This document shows, in pieces, positions 61,070 through 64,000 of a DNA stretch of 64,000 bases. The DNA is taken from NCBI GenBank assembly GCA_963809485.1, contig CAWEJX010000007.1:704001-768000 (forward strand), written 5' to 3'. The translations under genes and the position numbers were made by a program. Source of the DNA: an uncultured Acidobacteriota bacterium. Lineage in GTDB: Bacteria; Acidobacteriota; UBA6911. Position 1 is the first letter of the stretch, and each line of letters opens with the position of its first letter. The notes beneath the pieces were generated by a model that saw nothing but the letters and a program-made list of their open reading frames with translations, was not told the DNA's origin and ran no database searches.

Positions 61070-61584
61070 AATATTTGAGCCGGTAGCGAAACAATTCCGG
61101 TATGGAACTGAAATATTCCGAAACTACCGGGCCATTGATCGACCTTTTTTTCGACGTATACAAAACGCTAGGATATGGATTTCTGGAACGGGTTTATGGA
61201 AAAGCCATGACGGTAGCGGGACCGAAGTATGGGCTCATAATCAAGCCGGAAGTCAAAATTAGGGTGTTTTTTGAAGGCATAGAGGTTGGCAAATACGAGC
61301 CGGATCTGATTGTGAATGATGCCGTGATTGTGGAGCTGAAAACATGCCAGGCGATCCTCAAAGAACATGAGGCTCAGCTGTTGAACTACCTCAAGGCCAC
61401 GAAGTACGAAGTCGGCTTTCTGTTTAACTTTGGCCCCATCGCGCGATATAAGCGCATGGTTTTTGAAAACGCGCGCAAGGGCACTCTTTCATGGATCCAG
61501 CCGCAGCCCGATCCGGCAACATTGCCATAGCAGGCTGGATTTTTTCAGCGTGTGTCGGCGTCCGGTCAGCGTGCGTCAGCGTTA
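61011..61584. mobile_element. Putative autonomous element: 44-bp ACGCYGAC inverted arms enclosing a GxxExxY nuclease gene
   Basis: Left arm 61011-61054 and right arm 61541-61584 are reverse complements at 40/44 positions. They are of the same family as the ~25 empty copies. Confidence 0.7.
61102..61530 (+). CDS. GxxExxY protein (PD-(D/E)XK nuclease-like)
   Basis: LGYGFLERVY signature, PDLIVNDAVIVELK catalytic-type motif, HEAQLLNYLKAT..G.L.NFG. Visibly more AT-rich than neighbouring genes. Confidence 0.93.
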   Translation: MELKYSETTGPLIDLFFDVYKTLGYGFLERVYGKAMTVAGPKYGLIIKPEVKIRVFFEGIEVGKYEPDLIVNDAVIVELKTCQAILKEHEAQLLNYLKATKYEVGFLFNFGPIARYKRMVFENARKGTLSWIQPQPDPATLP

Positions 61585-62504
61585 TTCAGATACCACCGGT
61601 AAGTGGCCTCTATGCCCTGGCGCAACGGGATTTTGGGTTGCCAGCCGAGATAGCGGAGGCGCGAGACGTCCATGAGCTTGCGCGGCGTGCCGTCGGGCAT
61701 CGCCGGATCGAACTCGATGTCACCCTCATACCCCACCACCTCGCGCACCATCTCGCACAGCTCGCGTATCGTCAGGTCCTCGCCCGTCCCCACGTTGATG
61801 ATCTCTTCCTGATCGTAGCGCTCCATCAGGAATACCAACGCGTCGGCGAGGTCGTCGACGTGCAGGAACTCCCGCCTCGGCGTCCCCGTCCCCCACACCT
61901 TGACGCTCGGCGTGCCCGCCGCTTTGGCGTCGTGGAATTTCCGCAGCAGCGCAGGAAGCACGTGCGACGTCTGCAAATCGAAGTTGTCCCCCGGCCCGTA
62001 CAGGTTGGTCGGCATGGCGCTGATGGCGGCAAACCCGTACTGGCGGCGGTAGGCCTGGCAAAGCTTGATGCCGGCGATCTTGGCGATGGCGTACCACTCG
62101 TTGGTCGGCTCGAGCGGCCCGGTCAGCAGGTGCTCTTCGCGCAGCGGCTGCGGCGCCAGTTTCGGGTAAATGCACGACGAGCCCGTAAAGAGCAGCTTCT
62201 TGACTCCGCAGCGCCACGCTGCGTGGATGACGTTCGCCTCGATCATCAGGTTCTGGTAAATGAATTCCGCCGGGTAAGCATTGTTGGCCTGTATCCCGCC
62301 GACGCGCGCCGCGACCAGGTACACCTGCTCCGGCCGCTCTTTTTCGAAGAAAGCGTTTGCAGCCCGCTGGTCCATCAGGTCCAGTTCATCGATCGTCCGG
62401 ACCAGCAGCCCCTCAGGTCCGCCCAGCCGCCGCACAATCGCGGAACCTACGAGACCCGTGTGGCCCGCAACATAGATCTTCGTCATAGATTCGCCTTTCT
62501 TCAA
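61566..62504 (-). CDS. fcl: GDP-L-fucose synthase
   Basis: [62 protein letters not shown]. Ends NADAR* in a repeat arm. Confidence 0.96.
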   Translation of the reverse strand: MKKGESMTKIYVAGHTGLVGSAIVRRLGGPEGLLVRTIDELDLMDQRAANAFFEKERPEQVYLVAARVGGIQANNAYPAEFIYQNLMIEANVIHAAWRCGVKKLLFTGSSCIYPKLAPQPLREEHLLTGPLEPTNEWYAIAKIAGIKLCQAYRRQYGFAAISAMPTNLYGPGDNFDLQTSHVLPALLRKFHDAKAAGTPSVKVWGTGTPRREFLHVDDLADALVFLMERYDQEEIINVGTGEDLTIRELCEMVREVVGYEGDIEFDPAMPDGTPRKLMDVSRLRYLGWQPKIPLRQGIEATYRWYLNNADAR

Positions 62505-63541
62505 ACTCCTCGCCTCACCGAAACCTTATGCCCGGCATTGCGCAGCGTGCATTCCTGTTTGGCCAGTTCCATGTCATGGTCGACCATCATGCGCACGAGC
62601 TCCTTGAAGCTCACCTTGGGCTTCCAGCCGAGTCTGGCCCGCGCTTTGGAGCTGTCGCCTTCCAGATGATCGACTTCCGTCGGACGGAAGTAGCGCGTAT
62701 CCTTTTCGACCAACACTTTCCAGTCGACGCCGGCATAGCCGGCGGCTTCATCCAGAAATTCCCGCACCGTGTGCGTCTCGCCCGTGGCGATGACGTAGTC
62801 GTCGGGGGCGGGCTGCTGCAGCATGAGCCACATGGCCTCGACGTAGTCGCCGGCGAATCCCCAGTCGCGCTTCGCCTCGAGGTTGCCGAGGTAGAGCTTC
62901 GTCTGCAGGCCTTGCTTGATGCGCCCGAGTGCGCGGGTGATCTTGCGCGTGACGAAAGTCTCGCCGCGCTGCGGCGATTCGTGGTTGAAGAGGATGCCGT
63001 TGCAGATGAAAAGCCCGTAAGCTTCGCGGTAGTTCACGGCGTACCAGTGGGCGGCCACTTTGCTCACTCCGTAGGGGCTGCGCGGATAGAAGGGCGTCGT
63101 CTCGCTCTGCGGCGGCGCGGCCTTGCCGAACATTTCCGAGGAGCCGGCCTGATAGAAGCGTATGGGTTCGTGCGAGCCGGCGCCGTAATCGTGTATGGCT
63201 TCGAGCATGCGCAGAGTGCCGGTCGCCACGGCGTCGGCGGTGTATTCCGGCTGGTCGAACGACACGCGCACGTGCGACTGCGCCCCGAGGTTGTAGACTT
63301 CGTCCGGGGCCGTCTTTTCCAGGATGCGCCTCAGGCTGGTCGCGTCCGTCAGGTCGCCGTAATGCAGAAAAATGCGGCTGCCCGATTCATGCGGGTCGAG
63401 GTAAATGTCGTCGATGCGGTCGGTGTTGAAGGTGCTCGTCCTGCGCATGATGCCGTGGACTTCGTAACCCTTCGACAGCAATAGCCGGGCCAGGTAGGAT
63501 CCGTCCTGGCCCGTCACCCCCGTAATCAACGCTTTCTTCAT
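62501..63541 (-). CDS. gmd: GDP-mannose 4,6-dehydratase
   Basis: [63 protein letters not shown]. Confidence 0.97.
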   Translation of the reverse strand: MKKALITGVTGQDGSYLARLLLSKGYEVHGIMRRTSTFNTDRIDDIYLDPHESGSRIFLHYGDLTDATSLRRILEKTAPDEVYNLGAQSHVRVSFDQPEYTADAVATGTLRMLEAIHDYGAGSHEPIRFYQAGSSEMFGKAAPPQSETTPFYPRSPYGVSKVAAHWYAVNYREAYGLFICNGILFNHESPQRGETFVTRKITRALGRIKQGLQTKLYLGNLEAKRDWGFAGDYVEAMWLMLQQPAPDDYVIATGETHTVREFLDEAAGYAGVDWKVLVEKDTRYFRPTEVDHLEGDSSKARARLGWKPKVSFKELVRMMVDHDMELAKQECTLRNAGHKVSVRRGV

Positions 63542-63564
63542 GGTTCGTCCTTCCTGAAAATCAT

Positions 63565-63662
63565 TGAACGCTGACACACGCTGACAAAACGCTGACGCAC
63601 GCCGAAATTTTATATATTTTTTTCAGCGTGTGTCGGCGTTTTGTCAGCGTACGTCAGCGTTA
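63565..63662. repeat. ACGCYGAC palindromic element (full)
   Basis: The right arm encodes the ABC protein tail [17 protein letters not shown]. Confidence 0.92.
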
Positions 63663-64000
63663 TGCTTTGCCATGCTTTCGCGTACTTGCCGTTTTTTGCG
63701 ACTAGCTCTGCGTGCGTACCCGTTTCGACAATTCTACCCTGGTCCATAACATATATTACATCCGCATGACGCGCCGTGGTGAATCTGTGAGTTATGAGGA
63801 TCGTCGTTCTGCCGGAGACGGCGGAACGGAAGCGGGTCAGCCAGGCGGCTTCAGCCCACGGGTCCATGGCGCTGGTCGGCTCGTCGAGTATGATGACGGG
63901 CGCGGGCCGCAGGAACGCACGGGCCAGGCCCAGGCGCTGCCACTCGCCGGCGCTGAGATCGGTCCCGTCTTCGAACCAGGTGCCGAGGATGGAGTCGTAT
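63610..64000 (-). CDS. ABC transporter ATP-binding protein, 3' part (runs off window)
   Basis: [44 protein letters not shown]. Confidence 0.9.
   Translation of the reverse strand, partial: YDSILGTWFEDGTDLSAGEWQRLGLARAFLRPAPVIILDEPTSAMDPWAEAAWLTRFRSAVSGRTTILITHRFTTARHADVIYVMDQGRIVETGTHAELVAKNGKYAKAWQSITLTYADKTPTHAEKNI

Noticed and set aside
61566-61584. tmRNA-like degradation tag encoded by arms (NADAR, TLTYAD)
   Set aside because: Only a superficial likeness to ANDENYALAA. The tails end in R, D, I or Y rather than AA and vary with frame.

Overview
High-GC bacterial chromosomal window (gene content compatible with an anaerobic Acidobacteriota- or Desulfobacterota-like genome; taxonomy is inference) with about 48 mostly metabolic or envelope genes: GTP-PEPCK, aminotransferase, glutamate dehydrogenase, CoA-transferase III pair, iorAB, ECF sigma/anti-sigma, chrA, two radical SAM enzymes, mutS2, argF, a glycosylation cluster, an arabinose-type cluster, RND efflux, gmd/fcl. 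Two blocks (about 4.1-8.9 kb and 43-50 kb) are full of frameshifts that look like assembly indel errors. The main signal is non-coding. About 25 copies of a ~95-110 bp palindromic element sit at gene 3' ends. Each arm is up to four ACGCYGAC units at 10-11 bp spacing, around an AT-rich loop. The arms often overlap or supply stop codons and C-terminal residues. One copy (61011-61584) carries a complete GxxExxY (PD-(D/E)XK-like nuclease) gene between its 44-bp inverted arms. This suggests an autonomous element plus many non-autonomous derivatives, analogous to RAYT/REPIN but with a different enzyme (inference). Other repeat families are also present: AACGTT-heptamer arrays, IS200-like MITE ends and two REP-like doublets.
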